This document shows, one piece after another, positions 41,516-52,813 of a DNA stretch of 64,000 bases (position 1 is the first letter of the stretch; each line of letters starts with the position of its first letter). The position numbers and the translations under genes were made by a program. The notes under the pieces were generated by a model. It saw only the letters and a program-made list of their open reading frames with translations. It did not search any database and was not told the origin of the DNA. Origin of the DNA: an uncultured Thermoproteaceae archaeon (GTDB lineage Archaea > Thermoproteota > Thermoprotei > Thermoproteales > Thermocladiaceae). The stretch is from contig CAZNTG010000006.1 of NCBI GenBank assembly GCA_964575955.1, forward strand, positions 160,001-224,000. The letters are read 5' to 3'.

Positions 41516-42537
41516 TATTTAACAATCTCACCATTATATGCTCTAACTATTATATTTCCATCACCTCTCTCTACTCTTCCAACTATATAAGCCTTGTAGT
41601 TATATCTTTTACATATCTTAAATATCTCTTCAACATTTTCCTTACTTGCTATTAATACCATTCCAATACCCATGTTAAATACTCTATACATCTCGTACAT
41701 ACTTACATTTCCAATCTTCTGTATTAATTTGAATATTGGCATTGGTTCAGGTAGATTATCTATTACAATATCATATTTAGAATCTTGTATTAGTCTTCTG
41801 AGCTTACTATATGCACCACCTGTTATATGTGCTGCTCTTTTTATCAAACCTTTTGAGTATAGTTCTAAGACCAGTTCGCTATATATGTATGTTTCTCTTG
41901 AAAGTTCTTCTCCTAATGTTCTCCCTAGTTCATCAATATAGGTCTCTAGACTAAACTTCTGTAGTAGGACTTTTCTAGCTAATGTTAGACCATTTGCATG
42001 TATTCCATTACTTTCAATACCTATAACAACATCATCTACTTCTATACTACTTGGATTATATTGTCTTAATCCAATCATGAAGCAGCATATGTCTACACTA
42101 TTTAATACATCTGTCATTATTGCTGTCTCACCACTAGTAATTACACATTTTCCAACTATAGATGCTCTATATGCACCATCCATTATCTGTTTAAAACTTT
42201 CTTCATCAGATTTTGGTAGAGCTATGTATAGTGAGGCTGCTAGTGGTCTAAAACCTTCAACACAGATATCGTTTAGATTCATTGCTAATGCATCCCAACC
42301 TGCAACCCACAGTTTATTCATCTTCTCTAAAATAATCACTTTTGTACCAACACCATCAGCATGTAGACATAGCTCAACATTACCAATCTTAATACTTGAT
42401 GCATATGTTGAAATTCCACTAACCTGAACATTCAATTCTTCAGATAGTCTTCTAATTATCTCATGAGCTATCTCATGCATCTTCCTGTGCTTATCAAGAT
42501 CAACTCCAGCTTTAGCATAAGTCCAAGATTCAGACAT
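41512..42537 (-). CDS. purM: Phosphoribosylformylglycinamidine cyclo-ligase (AIR synthase)
   Basis: YAKAGVD, DGVGTK, GETA, SNGIHANG, AHITGG, FNMGIGM. Confidence 0.95.
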   Translation of the reverse strand: MSESWTYAKAGVDLDKHRKMHEIAHEIIRRLSEELNVQVSGISTYASSIKIGNVELCLHADGVGTKVIILEKMNKLWVAGWDALAMNLNDICVEGFRPLAASLYIALPKSDEESFKQIMDGAYRASIVGKCVITSGETAIMTDVLNSVDICCFMIGLRQYNPSSIEVDDVVIGIESNGIHANGLTLARKVLLQKFSLETYIDELGRTLGEELSRETYIYSELVLELYSKGLIKRAAHITGGAYSKLRRLIQDSKYDIVIDNLPEPMPIFKLIQKIGNVSMYEMYRVFNMGIGMVLIASKENVEEIFKICKRYNYKAYIVGRVERGDGNIIVRAYNGEIVKY

Positions 42538-42664
42538 AGCTAATATTGTTGTTATAGACTAACTATTAATTGATTAATTCTTACCATAATTCTTATCATG
42601 TATCTACATAGTAAGTATTCCATATCATAGTGTACCAACTTTTAGATTTTAAACATTTAATACA

Positions 42665-43135
42665 TTGACAAATGTTCCTAATCTACGCATGGAGCTCTGT
42701 GTTGTTTCCTGTGGTAAGAAGAAGATTTGGGATGTAAATAAGAATGCTCCAAAGAGAGTACCTGCTAAAAATGCGTATATTGGTATGTTAACTAGATTAG
42801 CTATAAGATATGCAGAGAAGTTCTATCCTGGTAGATGGGTTATACTATCTGCAAAATACGGTTTTCTACTTCCAGATGAGGAAATTGAATATTATGATGT
42901 TGAACTTGTTAAAGTAACTAGACAGTATGTGGAGATGTTGAAGAAGCAGATAGTTGAGAAAGGGTTAGATAAGTTTAGTAAGGTAGTTGTTTTAGGTGGT
43001 AAAAAATATGTACAGGCATGCATATTAGCGTTTGATAATAAAGTTGTTGTAGATCTCTTCTCTGGATTAGGACTTTTTGATAGAATTAGACTACTCTCAA
43101 ATGCTTTAAAGAATAATACTGTGATTATTAGATAG
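42665..43135 (+). CDS. DUF6884-like protein (start probably 42689)
   Basis: VSCGKKK, AKNAYIG, ILSAKYGFL, YDV motifs. Confidence 0.65.
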   Translation: MTNVPNLRMELCVVSCGKKKIWDVNKNAPKRVPAKNAYIGMLTRLAIRYAEKFYPGRWVILSAKYGFLLPDEEIEYYDVELVKVTRQYVEMLKKQIVEKGLDKFSKVVVLGGKKYVQACILAFDNKVVVDLFSGLGLFDRIRLLSNALKNNTVIIR

Positions 43136-43137
43136 TT

Positions 43138-43995
43138 TTACTCTTCTTCCTCTTCTTCAACTACAACTCTCTTCTTAGTCTCAGGTGCTTCCTGTACGGC
43201 TTTCTTCATAACTTTAACTTCTTCCTCAGGTAGTTTCTCAATTATTACTCCACCTCTGGTAAACTTGATATATTTATCCCATTGAATTCTCAATCCCTTA
43301 TCTGTAATCTCTAGTGGATGTCTACGCATACTATGTCTTGTAGCTCTCATTTTCCACACTATTACTGATCTGTAAAGTTCACCATCATACTCATCTAGGT
43401 CTAGTCTAATTATTCCATCTACAGCATGTTCAACTCCTGGACCTCCAAAACCTCTCTCACCTGCAGATACCTGACTTACAAATATTGCAGTACATCCTAG
43501 ACCTGCAATAACTCTCTTCAATAACATTATTACTGATCTTGCAACTGCAGGTTTTGTTAGGTATAGTGTAGATACTGAATCAATAACTACTCTAACAGCA
43601 TCAACCTCCTTAATCGCCTGTCTTAATACGTCAATCATCTCTCTAACATCATCAGGATTCTTAACAACATATTTCTCACGTTCAGCATATCTACCAATAC
43701 CTCCTGTAAATGCGTCTATTAGTGCAAATTTACCATCTTGTTCAAATTTTGTAATATCCCAACCAAAATGTTTAAAACTTCTTCTAACAGATGCAGGATG
43801 TTCTTCCAATGCGACAAATACGCCTGGTTCACCTTCAACAAGTCCATTATATAGAAATTGCATACCCATAATAGACTTACCTGTACCTGGACCACCACTT
43901 ACAAGTACTATGTTTCTCTCAGGTATACCTCCATAGAGTATTTCATCTAGACCGGGTATTCTAGTTCTAACTCTTCTAACGACTTCTGAACTCAT
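43138..43995 (-). CDS. KaiC/RecA-like ATPase (single-domain archaeal type)
   Basis: [33 protein letters not shown]. Confidence 0.92.
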   Translation of the reverse strand: MSSEVVRRVRTRIPGLDEILYGGIPERNIVLVSGGPGTGKSIMGMQFLYNGLVEGEPGVFVALEEHPASVRRSFKHFGWDITKFEQDGKFALIDAFTGGIGRYAEREKYVVKNPDDVREMIDVLRQAIKEVDAVRVVIDSVSTLYLTKPAVARSVIMLLKRVIAGLGCTAIFVSQVSAGERGFGGPGVEHAVDGIIRLDLDEYDGELYRSVIVWKMRATRHSMRRHPLEITDKGLRIQWDKYIKFTRGGVIIEKLPEEEVKVMKKAVQEAPETKKRVVVEEEEEE

Positions 43996-44351
43996 AATTT
44001 AAATGAAGTTGGAGAGGTTATAAGTCCTTGTAGGATGTCAATTGTCATTAAAGTCTCGATTCTAATAGCATTTGCATGTGGTGCATATATATACCACTCT
44101 TGAATAGGTAAACTCTTTTTCAATCTTCTAACTAGCTCATTTAGAGTTTCTAACTTCATAGGTTTTGAATGGTATATCTTTATACTTAACTTATATAGAG
44201 ATCCTACCTGTATTGGAGATATACCAACTCTGACAAATCTTAATGATTGTGGTTCTTCTTTCTTCAAAAATTCTACAACTGCCTTACGTATAGATCCTTG
44301 AAGTTTTGAAATATATCTCTCAACCTGTCTTAATCTTTCAGTACTCACCAA
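43992..44351 (-). CDS. Small hypothetical protein coupled to the KaiC-like ATPase
   Basis: 119 aa, overlaps both neighbours. Confidence 0.65.
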   Translation of the reverse strand: MVSTERLRQVERYISKLQGSIRKAVVEFLKKEEPQSLRFVRVGISPIQVGSLYKLSIKIYHSKPMKLETLNELVRRLKKSLPIQEWYIYAPHANAIRIETLMTIDILQGLITSPTSFKL

Positions 44352-46645
44352 GATCCAGCAAGTGTTACATCTATTAATTTTCTTACTCTATAATCAAGAT
44401 CTAGTACACGTAGTAGTTCTCTATTACCTACAAGACTAGACTGTACATTGTATACACCTGCAGCACCTGCAAGTAGTGCTATCTCACGTTTAAGACCTAT
44501 CATAACTTTACACAGCTTTTCACAAAATAGATCTCTACTCTCATTTCCTCTAAATATGAACTTGAGCATATACCCAACCTCAACAGCATCTGCACCTAGA
44601 GCTATCAATTTTACAATATCTCCTGCATCTCTAACTTTATGATAATTAACAATAATACTCTTATAATATCTAACACCATACTCTCTAAGCTTCTTATCTA
44701 GCCATACTAAGCAAATTTCTAAATCTTTATCTTTTGAAAGTTCTGAATTTATTATAAATCCATCAACATTCTCTAAAACATCTCTACTTAAAATATTCTC
44801 AATATACTCCACATCTGGTGGTACTTCTAGAATTGATATTTTTCCACTATTCTTAACCTCAATACACCTATCAACATCTCTAGAAACTACATATCTATAT
44901 TTTAAATGTCTTGAAATTATGTGATCTCTATGTACGTCAGGTTGTGCATCTATGTGAGATATGTCTAATAGTGTATTTAGTGAATGTGCTATGAATGCGT
45001 ATGCATCAACATACTTAACATGTTCAGGTATTGGTCTGAGTATTATTGGCATACTTATAGTAGTATTTCCAAATAGTGTAAATTCTAGATCAACATATTC
45101 TCTATATGGGTCTATTGATGGTCGTGTAACTTGTGCACCATCTAGTCTTAACCAATCAAGTATTTTTCTAGGCTTTTCAACTTCTGGTGGTGCATCACTA
45201 CCAGCACCAATAACTACAATATCTCCATCTTCTGCGATTTTTGTATAATATAGTCTATATTTCTCCCTAAGAAATTCACTATCACCTTCATCATACTTGT
45301 ATGGTAGTGGTGTTGAATCTCTAATTTCTCCAAGTCTTAGAATTTTATTAACTTCCTCATCAATGTTATATCCAACTAGTAGATCTCTTCTACCTACAAG
45401 TTCTCTTAAACTTTTCAATCCTAGATGTTTGAGTATTAGTTTTAATTCTGCTAGAAATCCTTTCATGAAGTTGTACAATTTTTCAATTGCAAAATCTAGA
45501 TCTACAACTTTTGAACCGTCTGTTAGGCTGCTTGCTAGTCCTGCAGGACATCTACCTAGATTGCATGTATGGCACATTATACATCCCATAGCTATTAATC
45601 CTGCTGTTCCAATACTCACCATATCTGCACCTAGTGCTATTAATTTTGCTGCATCATCTGCAGATGATATTCTTCCTGATGCTATTATTGTGAATCCTTC
45701 TCTCAATCCTTCTCTTCTCAATATTGCATCTGCAGCTGCAACTGCAAGTTCTATAGGTATGCCAACGTGATCTCTAACTACTATAGGTGTTGCTCCTGTA
45801 CCTGCACCATGACTATCAATTATAACTCCATCAGCACCCATCCTAGCAATTCCAGATACAATATATGGAACGTAGTTTGTAGCTGCAACTTTAACAAATA
45901 CAGGTTTTCCAGTAGCTTCTTTTAAAGCCCATATTCTCTGTCCAAGATCTTCAATACTGTAAATATCGTGATGTGGTGCTGGTGAGAGAGCATCAACACC
46001 GGGAGGTATTCTACGTACACGAGATATTATGTGCGTAACTTTACTACCTGGTAAGTGACCTCCAATTCCAGGTTTTGCACCTTGACCAATCTTTATAGTC
46101 ACTCCCATACCCTTATTCAATACCTCAATATCAATTCCAAATCTTGCAGATGCCCATTGTACAAAAAATCTTCTATATCTCTCACCAATAACAGGATGTA
46201 GACCACCTTCACCAAGACCACTGATTGCCTTTATCTTCTCAGCAACATCTACAAATGCGATATTTGGATTACCACATAATGCTCCAAAAGACATATCTGC
46301 AAAATATATTGGTGCTTCAAGAACTATAGCATCTACAGGCTCTTCTTCAGGATCTTCAAAATCTGGTATTGTTCTCATCTTTATAATATGTGTAAGATCG
46401 ATATCTCTATACTCACTCTCTGGTACATCTTCAACATCTATCTCATTTTCAAAACCTCTAAACTTAATTCTATCTAAAATTCTATATACATGTATTGTCC
46501 TTCTAAATATCTTCCAAGGTCTTCCAGTAGTGGCTAATCTTCTAATATGCTCAATCTTATCACTACACCAAAACTCCTTATCAGGTCCCTTAGGTACATA
46601 TTTGTGATATTCCTTAATATATTGAACATTAGAGGTTATCCACAT
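44345..46645 (-). CDS. FMN-binding glutamate synthase family protein with a degenerate second barrel
   Basis: MSFGAL, GEGG, QWASARFG, KIGQGAKPGIGGHLPG.KV, SPAPHHDIYSIEDL, CIMCHTCNLGRCP. Confidence 0.9.
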   Translation of the reverse strand: MWITSNVQYIKEYHKYVPKGPDKEFWCSDKIEHIRRLATTGRPWKIFRRTIHVYRILDRIKFRGFENEIDVEDVPESEYRDIDLTHIIKMRTIPDFEDPEEEPVDAIVLEAPIYFADMSFGALCGNPNIAFVDVAEKIKAISGLGEGGLHPVIGERYRRFFVQWASARFGIDIEVLNKGMGVTIKIGQGAKPGIGGHLPGSKVTHIISRVRRIPPGVDALSPAPHHDIYSIEDLGQRIWALKEATGKPVFVKVAATNYVPYIVSGIARMGADGVIIDSHGAGTGATPIVVRDHVGIPIELAVAAADAILRREGLREGFTIIASGRISSADDAAKLIALGADMVSIGTAGLIAMGCIMCHTCNLGRCPAGLASSLTDGSKVVDLDFAIEKLYNFMKGFLAELKLILKHLGLKSLRELVGRRDLLVGYNIDEEVNKILRLGEIRDSTPLPYKYDEGDSEFLREKYRLYYTKIAEDGDIVVIGAGSDAPPEVEKPRKILDWLRLDGAQVTRPSIDPYREYVDLEFTLFGNTTISMPIILRPIPEHVKYVDAYAFIAHSLNTLLDISHIDAQPDVHRDHIISRHLKYRYVVSRDVDRCIEVKNSGKISILEVPPDVEYIENILSRDVLENVDGFIINSELSKDKDLEICLVWLDKKLREYGVRYYKSIIVNYHKVRDAGDIVKLIALGADAVEVGYMLKFIFRGNESRDLFCEKLCKVMIGLKREIALLAGAAGVYNVQSSLVGNRELLRVLDLDYRVRKLIDVTLAGSW

Positions 46646-46727
46646 TTAGGTGAAGTTCAGAATCGCATAAGAGATATTTAACTGTTAAGGTAGGAATATA
46701 TTTTAAGTAGACTAATATTGTAGTAAC

Positions 46728-47606
46728 GTGTCAATAACATATCAAATTCCTGAGGATGTCAAGAAGATGTTAGATGTAGTTAAGGATAAGTTGAGAGAAT
46801 TTCTAGATATTGAATACTTGAAAACTGGCAGGGTTAGAGAAATTGAAAAGCTTTGGCTAGCATTAGAATTTCCTGAGTATATAAGGTATAGAGATACTGA
46901 GTGGAATCCACATAGTGTTGAACTTACAAGATATGAAGATGACATTGTTAGATTTATGACAACATATCTCAGAGGTGTAATACCTGATGAAGCAATATAT
47001 ACATCAGATCTAGCATATATAATAAAGTTTAGCTCTACATCATTAAGAGTTAAAGATATAATATATCAAGCAATGGTAGAAATATTACAAACGTTAGAAG
47101 AGATTAAGAAGATATATGTTGAGGATGTTAAAAAGAATTTAAAATTTTTAAGTAGGGAAAGTAAAGAACTTGCATTAACACTATATCTAGATGGTGATAT
47201 TGTTAGAGATGGTAAACTCATACTAATAAATACATATCTTGAGACAGTCTTTATGCCAACTATAAAGATAATATTTAGAAGAAAAGATATTGATGAAACT
47301 AAGCTTAAAGATGCAGTTTCAGAACTTGTAAAGTATGGATTTATAGCACATGCATCTTGGAAATATATGAACATGCTATTTAACATGTATGTAATACCAC
47401 CATTCCTGACAGATCTATGGAAAGAACTTCCACTACATCTAGATATTGCAATACCAAAATTTAGAGCTGTTGAGATAGAACAGAGAAAGATAATTAATGA
47501 ACTTATAGAAAATATAGATAGGTTAATAAGAGAGGGTAAGAGTGATGAAGCATTAAGTAGATTATCAGAATTGAAAAGTGTGATAGATAGAGTATTACTA
47601 ATGTGA
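46728..47606 (+). CDS. Hypothetical protein
   Basis: 292 aa ORF with host-like codon usage. Confidence 0.7.
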   Translation: MSITYQIPEDVKKMLDVVKDKLREFLDIEYLKTGRVREIEKLWLALEFPEYIRYRDTEWNPHSVELTRYEDDIVRFMTTYLRGVIPDEAIYTSDLAYIIKFSSTSLRVKDIIYQAMVEILQTLEEIKKIYVEDVKKNLKFLSRESKELALTLYLDGDIVRDGKLILINTYLETVFMPTIKIIFRRKDIDETKLKDAVSELVKYGFIAHASWKYMNMLFNMYVIPPFLTDLWKELPLHLDIAIPKFRAVEIEQRKIINELIENIDRLIREGKSDEALSRLSELKSVIDRVLLM

Positions 47607-47655
47607 TGATAGAGCCCCTTACTGAAGAAGTGATGTAAAGAGCCACCGACACTGA
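47603..47655 (+). ncRNA. C/D box guide sRNA between convergent genes
   Basis: GTGATGA - TAGAGCCCCTTA - CTGA - AGAA - GTGATGT - AAAGAGCCACCGACA - CTGA. Confidence 0.8.
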
Positions 47656-48213
47656 CTAATCAACATCATGATACTCTTCTAACATTCTAACAACATTATC
47701 ATCACTATACTCAAAATAATTCTTCTCAAATTCAATAACACCTTTACTATAATTTTCTAATCTCTCATAATTAATCTTCAAAAATTCTAAACCCCATTTA
47801 AAACAACTTAATACCTCATATGCAAGATCTTTAAAACCTGTTATATATAGAGTAGCTGCAATAGCTTCAGCTGATGTTAACATGTATGGCTTACCGTAAT
47901 GCGATGGATTTGCTGAAATTAGAAAAGGTAATCTTCTATGATATCCTCTTAAGAATCTTCTAACTCTAGCAAATGTATGTAAAGACTTACTCCAAGAGCA
48001 GTCAATAACTAGAATACCTCTTCTCAAAACTATATCACGATCATCAGGTTTTACAGGTTCTCTAACAAATGGATTTAATATCAATAATCCTCTAGGAACT
48101 TCTCTAACATCAGTTACTAGATGTACAAGACCTCTCTTAGCTAATCTTAAAGCTGTATTCTTCTTCGGATCATCCTGTCTTAAATATAGAACTACTATCT
48201 TAACACTATCCAC
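47656..48213 (-). CDS. tsr3: 16S rRNA aminocarboxypropyltransferase (DUF367)
   Basis: QDDPKKNT, IDCSW, RRLPFLISANP..YGKP, AEAIAA, FKWG. Confidence 0.9.
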   Translation of the reverse strand: MDSVKIVVLYLRQDDPKKNTALRLAKRGLVHLVTDVREVPRGLLILNPFVREPVKPDDRDIVLRRGILVIDCSWSKSLHTFARVRRFLRGYHRRLPFLISANPSHYGKPYMLTSAEAIAATLYITGFKDLAYEVLSCFKWGLEFLKINYERLENYSKGVIEFEKNYFEYSDDNVVRMLEEYHDVD

Positions 48214-48253
48214 AGCTTAATTTTTAATTTACAAAAATTTAAACATACGCTAA

Positions 48254-48646
48254 GTGACGTGTAGAGGACTTGTAAAAGTATTATATTCAACTCTAGGTAA
48301 AGTATACATAGATAGTGAAGATGTGTACAGACTAGTTAAATATTGTAAATATAGAGATGTTTCAGGTAGATTCTTTGGAATACTTGAACTTACTCTAGAA
48401 TCAATACTTTCAAAATTAAGAAGATTTCCAATACCTGGTATAATCTTTAGAGGAATAATAGTTCAGAATAGTATTAAGTTTACAATTTACTGTTCAGTAG
48501 ATTCTAAAAATCTTGATATAGATATATTACCAATACTCTACCTTGATGATTATGTAGTTATTAACTGTAGATTTATAGATGTTGAGATAAGGTCATTAAT
48601 AGCGTGTAGTGATGTTATGGTATGTTTAGAGTTTACCACTATTTAA
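48254..48646 (+). CDS. Hypothetical protein
   Basis: 130 aa ORF filling the gap. Confidence 0.5.
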   Translation: MTCRGLVKVLYSTLGKVYIDSEDVYRLVKYCKYRDVSGRFFGILELTLESILSKLRRFPIPGIIFRGIIVQNSIKFTIYCSVDSKNLDIDILPILYLDDYVVINCRFIDVEIRSLIACSDVMVCLEFTTI

Positions 48647-50963
48647 CATACCTGCAACAATTACAGCTTGTCCAAATGATATTCCTCCATCATTTACAGG
48701 AACTTTACTTGGAAGAATCAGTTTAAGACCTGTATTCGATATCTCATCTTCAACTCCTTTCATGATTATCTCATTAACAGCAGCTCCTCCTGACATGACT
48801 ACAATATTTCTACTTCTATTGCTTAGGATTTTGCATATTTTTCCAAATGCTCTACCAAGATTGTACTGTACTGCATATGCTATCTCACATATGTCTAAAC
48901 CTTCAATATAGTACTCATATACCTGTCTAAATGCTTCTACAGTATCTATAACATACTTCCCGTCATTATACACTATTGGAAATTCTATATCGATACTTCT
49001 TCTCCTAGCTTTCAATCCACATGCTTCTAATTTCATAGCTGGCTCACCTTCATATGTTCTTACACCACATATGCCTAATAGTGTTGATACTGCATCTAGA
49101 AATCTTCCAGTGCTTGATGTATATATTTTCTCTCTTTCATACAATTTTGACAATATTTCAATCTCATCAACACCATACTTTAAGTATTTTGTAAGTCCTG
49201 TCTTTATCAATATTTTACATGCTTCATCTATACCATACACCTCTGCCAAGTATGATAGTACCATTCTAGCGGGATATTCTGTTGCTAAATCACCTCCAAG
49301 CATTTTTACATATTTTAAATGTCCGATTCTCACATAGTTGTCATATTTAGCTATGAGTATTTCACCACCCCAAATATTGCCATCTTCTCCAAATCCGACA
49401 CCATCTATAGCAATTCCAATAACTTCTCTATCAGGATGAATTCCATAGTCAGCCATCGCTGATGCTATATGAGCCCAGTGATGTTGTACTTTTACATGTT
49501 TTATATTAAATTCTCTTGAAATTTCAGATGCGAGTCTAGTTGTATCATATTGTGGATGTAGATCTGAAACTACGATACTTTTATCATTAATCTCTATTCT
49601 CAACATATTCATTATTTTAAATATATACTTTCTAAGATCTTCAAGTGTTTCAAAATCATCACAATCACCTATGTACTGTGTTAATACTACCTTATCTTCA
49701 AACATTATAGCTCCAACATTTTGAAGTAGTGCACCTACAGCGATTATGTATGTATCTTCAGGAATTTCTAATGGTACCTTTATCCAGTATGGTGCATATC
49801 CTCTACTTCTTCTAAGTAGTATTGCTCTTCTATTACTAATTCTGAGTACACTATCATCAACTCTATTAACAATCTCTCTATTATGTAGTAAGAAGTAGTC
49901 TACAATATCTTTCAACTTCTTCAATGCTTCATTATTGTCAATACACATTGGCTTTCCATGAACGTTACCGCTTGTCATAATTGCAAACCTATCTTTCAAT
50001 TCCATAAGTATTAAGTAGTGTAGTGGTGTATATGGTAGAAATATTCCAACATGTGCTAACCCTGGAGCTACATATCTTGATAATGGTGAATCTTCTCTAA
50101 CTGGTAGAAGAACTATAGGTCTTTGTACAGACTTTAATATCTTCTCAGCATAATCATCAATATATGCCAATCTTCTCCCAACATCAACGTCGAGAACCAT
50201 AACTGCAAAAGGTTTTTCAGGTCTTCTCTTTCTTCTCCTCAACTTTAATACAACATCATCATCACTAGCAAGACATGCAATATGAAAACCTCCAATACCC
50301 TTAATAGCTACAATATACCCCTCATCAATTAACTTAGCAGTCTCTCTGATAGGATCTTCACATTCAATCCTCTCACCATTTCTATCTACAAGCCATAGTT
50401 TTGGACCACATATCTTACATGAAATTCCCTGTGCATGAAATCTCCTAATGTTATTAGGATCTTCATACTCTGCAAGACAATCTTTACAGAGTGGAAAATC
50501 TTTCATAGCAGTATTCTCCCTATCCCACGGTGTGTTATACATCATTGAAAATCTAGGTCCACACACAACGCAGGAATTGAATGCATACCTATATCTTCTA
50601 TAATCGTTAATATTCAACACTTCTCTTAGACATTCATCACATACTGCAAAGTCTGGAGGTATTGCTGATCTTTTCAACTTTATTGAAGAGCTTTTCAATA
50701 TCCTAAAATCTTCATATCCCAATGGTTCAACTTTTTCAACATGTACCTTATCAATAATAAATGATTCTGGTTTCTCTTTCCAGAAGTATTTGAAAAATTT
50801 CTCTATCTCTCCTCTACTACCTTCAATATATATCTCAACCTCAGCACCACCTCTATTCCTTATATATCCTCTAACATTAGCTTTTTTAGCTATCCTATAT
50901 ATAAATGGTCTGAAACCCGATACCTTGCACAAGTCCGATCATGATTACTCTATACGCTTCCAC
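48626..50963 (-). CDS. hypF: Hydrogenase maturation carbamoyltransferase; one extra base near 50916 separates the GTG start from the main frame
   Basis: Zinc fingers, CGPRF, RFHAQ, KGIGGFH, DDSV, QHHWAH, SSTGRFLD, NDGGISFGQ; N-terminal MEAYRVIMIGLVQGIG lies in another frame. Confidence 0.92.
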
Positions 50964-51087
50964 GTAGGTGTAATATACATATCTAATATTTAAGTAGTTC
51001 CACATTAGGTATCTAGTGTTATCATTGTGGTTTGATGTACATAAAACAATGCTTATTAGACAGCTAAGTTAATAATACACGTGATTC

Positions 51088-51381
51088 ATGTGTAGCAATC
51101 AAACACAAATTCTAAGAAGGATGATTACCTTTCTAGAGAAACTCTCTCAGGAAGACGTGTACATTAGAATAATATTATCAATAGCCATATCAGAACATGG
51201 ATGTCTATCCCTTCGAGGTCTCTCACGAGCTGTATCTATGTCTCCAAAAAATGTTAAGAAGTATGTGTTAAAACTTGAAAAGCTTGGTCTTGTTAGAATT
51301 GAACAACCTCATGAAAAACTCTTCCTAATATATCTAGATCCCTCATTAGAGTGGTTGAGAGTTTTAATGAAATCAAAATAG
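51088..51381 (+). CDS. Winged-HTH transcription regulator
   Basis: LSLRGLSRAVSMSPKNVKKYVLKLEKLGLV. Confidence 0.75.
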   Translation: MCSNQTQILRRMITFLEKLSQEDVYIRIILSIAISEHGCLSLRGLSRAVSMSPKNVKKYVLKLEKLGLVRIEQPHEKLFLIYLDPSLEWLRVLMKSK

Positions 51382-51897
51382 AACTTCAATACTCGGTATC
51401 GACCTATTTAATGATCTTATTTTATCGAAAGCTCTAATAAAAGCTTCTTTCTCATCTTCAAAAAGTTGAAAATGAATTTCTTCATTACTTCTCAAGATTA
51501 TAGATACTATATATGTTGTAGCTCTAATCTTTGGTAATTTTATATGTCTATCAGATGCTGAAGGTAGTGGAAATGCTCTTAAAGATATCGTAAACATTCT
51601 AGGATATATCAATATCCTGTAAATATTATCAAACATTATAAGTCTAGATTTAGAACCTTTCTCAATCAATATCCTGTCAACATATACTACAACTCTAAGT
51701 CTTAACTCTCTCATCATTAATAGTCCAAATATAACTGTTAAGAGATAGAATGAGTATACTACTATTGAGAATGTTATTGGTATTAAGGTGAATAGTGGTA
51801 TTGCTATTACTATAGATATGACTATGAGTGCTATTACAGTTTTCTTAACTATATCTTCACTACACTTAATTTCAACTACAGGATATAGAGTCTCCAC
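51373..51897 (-). CDS. Two-TM membrane protein with PH-like domain
   Basis: Two hydrophobic helices followed by a beta-rich soluble domain. Confidence 0.6.
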   Translation of the reverse strand: METLYPVVEIKCSEDIVKKTVIALIVISIVIAIPLFTLIPITFSIVVYSFYLLTVIFGLLMMRELRLRVVVYVDRILIEKGSKSRLIMFDNIYRILIYPRMFTISLRAFPLPSASDRHIKLPKIRATTYIVSIILRSNEEIHFQLFEDEKEAFIRAFDKIRSLNRSIPSIEVLF

Positions 51898-51941
51898 TAC
51901 TATATTAAATATTGCTCAAATATATTAACAATAACCTTAAT

Positions 51942-52766
51942 CTAGATCTTGTACATTCTTGAAGGATCTAACATTGGTGTTGGTGGTAATCTTCTCTTAT
52001 GTTTAGTAGTTTCATACATTTTAACAACTTTGACAACTTTATCTCTTGAAATACCTGTCTCTTTAACAGTCTCATCAATATCAAGTCCAAGATCAAATAG
52101 GCAATGTAGTATCAGGTCTATCTCTTCATATTTAAGTCCAAGCTCTTCTTCAGCAATATGTCCAGGCCATAGTCTAGGACTTGAAGGTTTTTTAACTATA
52201 GATTCTGGAACTCCAAGATATTTTCCAAGTGCTCTTACCTGTGTCTTATATAGTGATCCTATTGGTAGTATATCTACACCTCCATCACCATACTTGGTGA
52301 AATATCCTATCAATATTTCACTTCTATCACCTGTACCTGCAACTATCATATTATACTTATTTGCATAGTAGTATAGTAGTGTCATTCTTATTCTAGGTAG
52401 TAGATTTCCTGTAGGTATTCTATCATTTTCATCGAAGTCAGGTATGGATTTTGCATATGCATCTCTAATATTTGATATATCTATTATTCTATACTTTATT
52501 CCTAAAATCTCTGCAACTTTCTTAGCATCTTCAACATCTTCTTTTGGAGTTGTTATGTATGGCATTATTAGACCTAGAACTCTATCTGAACCTAATGCTC
52601 TAACTAGGAGAAATGCTGTAACTGAAGAATCTATACCACCGCTAAGTCCAACAACTGCACCTCTACAACCACTATCTTCAACTTGTCTAACTATGAATGA
52701 GCATATCTCTGATACTACATATTCAAAATCTAGATTTGTAAGTTTATCTAATGTTAAAACCATCAA
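51942..52766 (-). CDS. nadE: NH3-dependent NAD+ synthetase
   Basis: GLSGGIDS, RIRM, GYFTKYGDG, YKTQV, HKRR. Confidence 0.95.
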   Translation of the reverse strand: MMVLTLDKLTNLDFEYVVSEICSFIVRQVEDSGCRGAVVGLSGGIDSSVTAFLLVRALGSDRVLGLIMPYITTPKEDVEDAKKVAEILGIKYRIIDISNIRDAYAKSIPDFDENDRIPTGNLLPRIRMTLLYYYANKYNMIVAGTGDRSEILIGYFTKYGDGGVDILPIGSLYKTQVRALGKYLGVPESIVKKPSSPRLWPGHIAEEELGLKYEEIDLILHCLFDLGLDIDETVKETGISRDKVVKVVKMYETTKHKRRLPPTPMLDPSRMYKI

Positions 52767-52813
52767 TATTGTCTCTATATTGAAAATTTAAGCTATGTTG
52801 TCTATAGGATAGT

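Noticed and set aside
43138-43995. Circadian clock interpretation of KaiC
   Set aside because: Single-domain archaeal KaiC-like ATPase; no kaiA or kaiB
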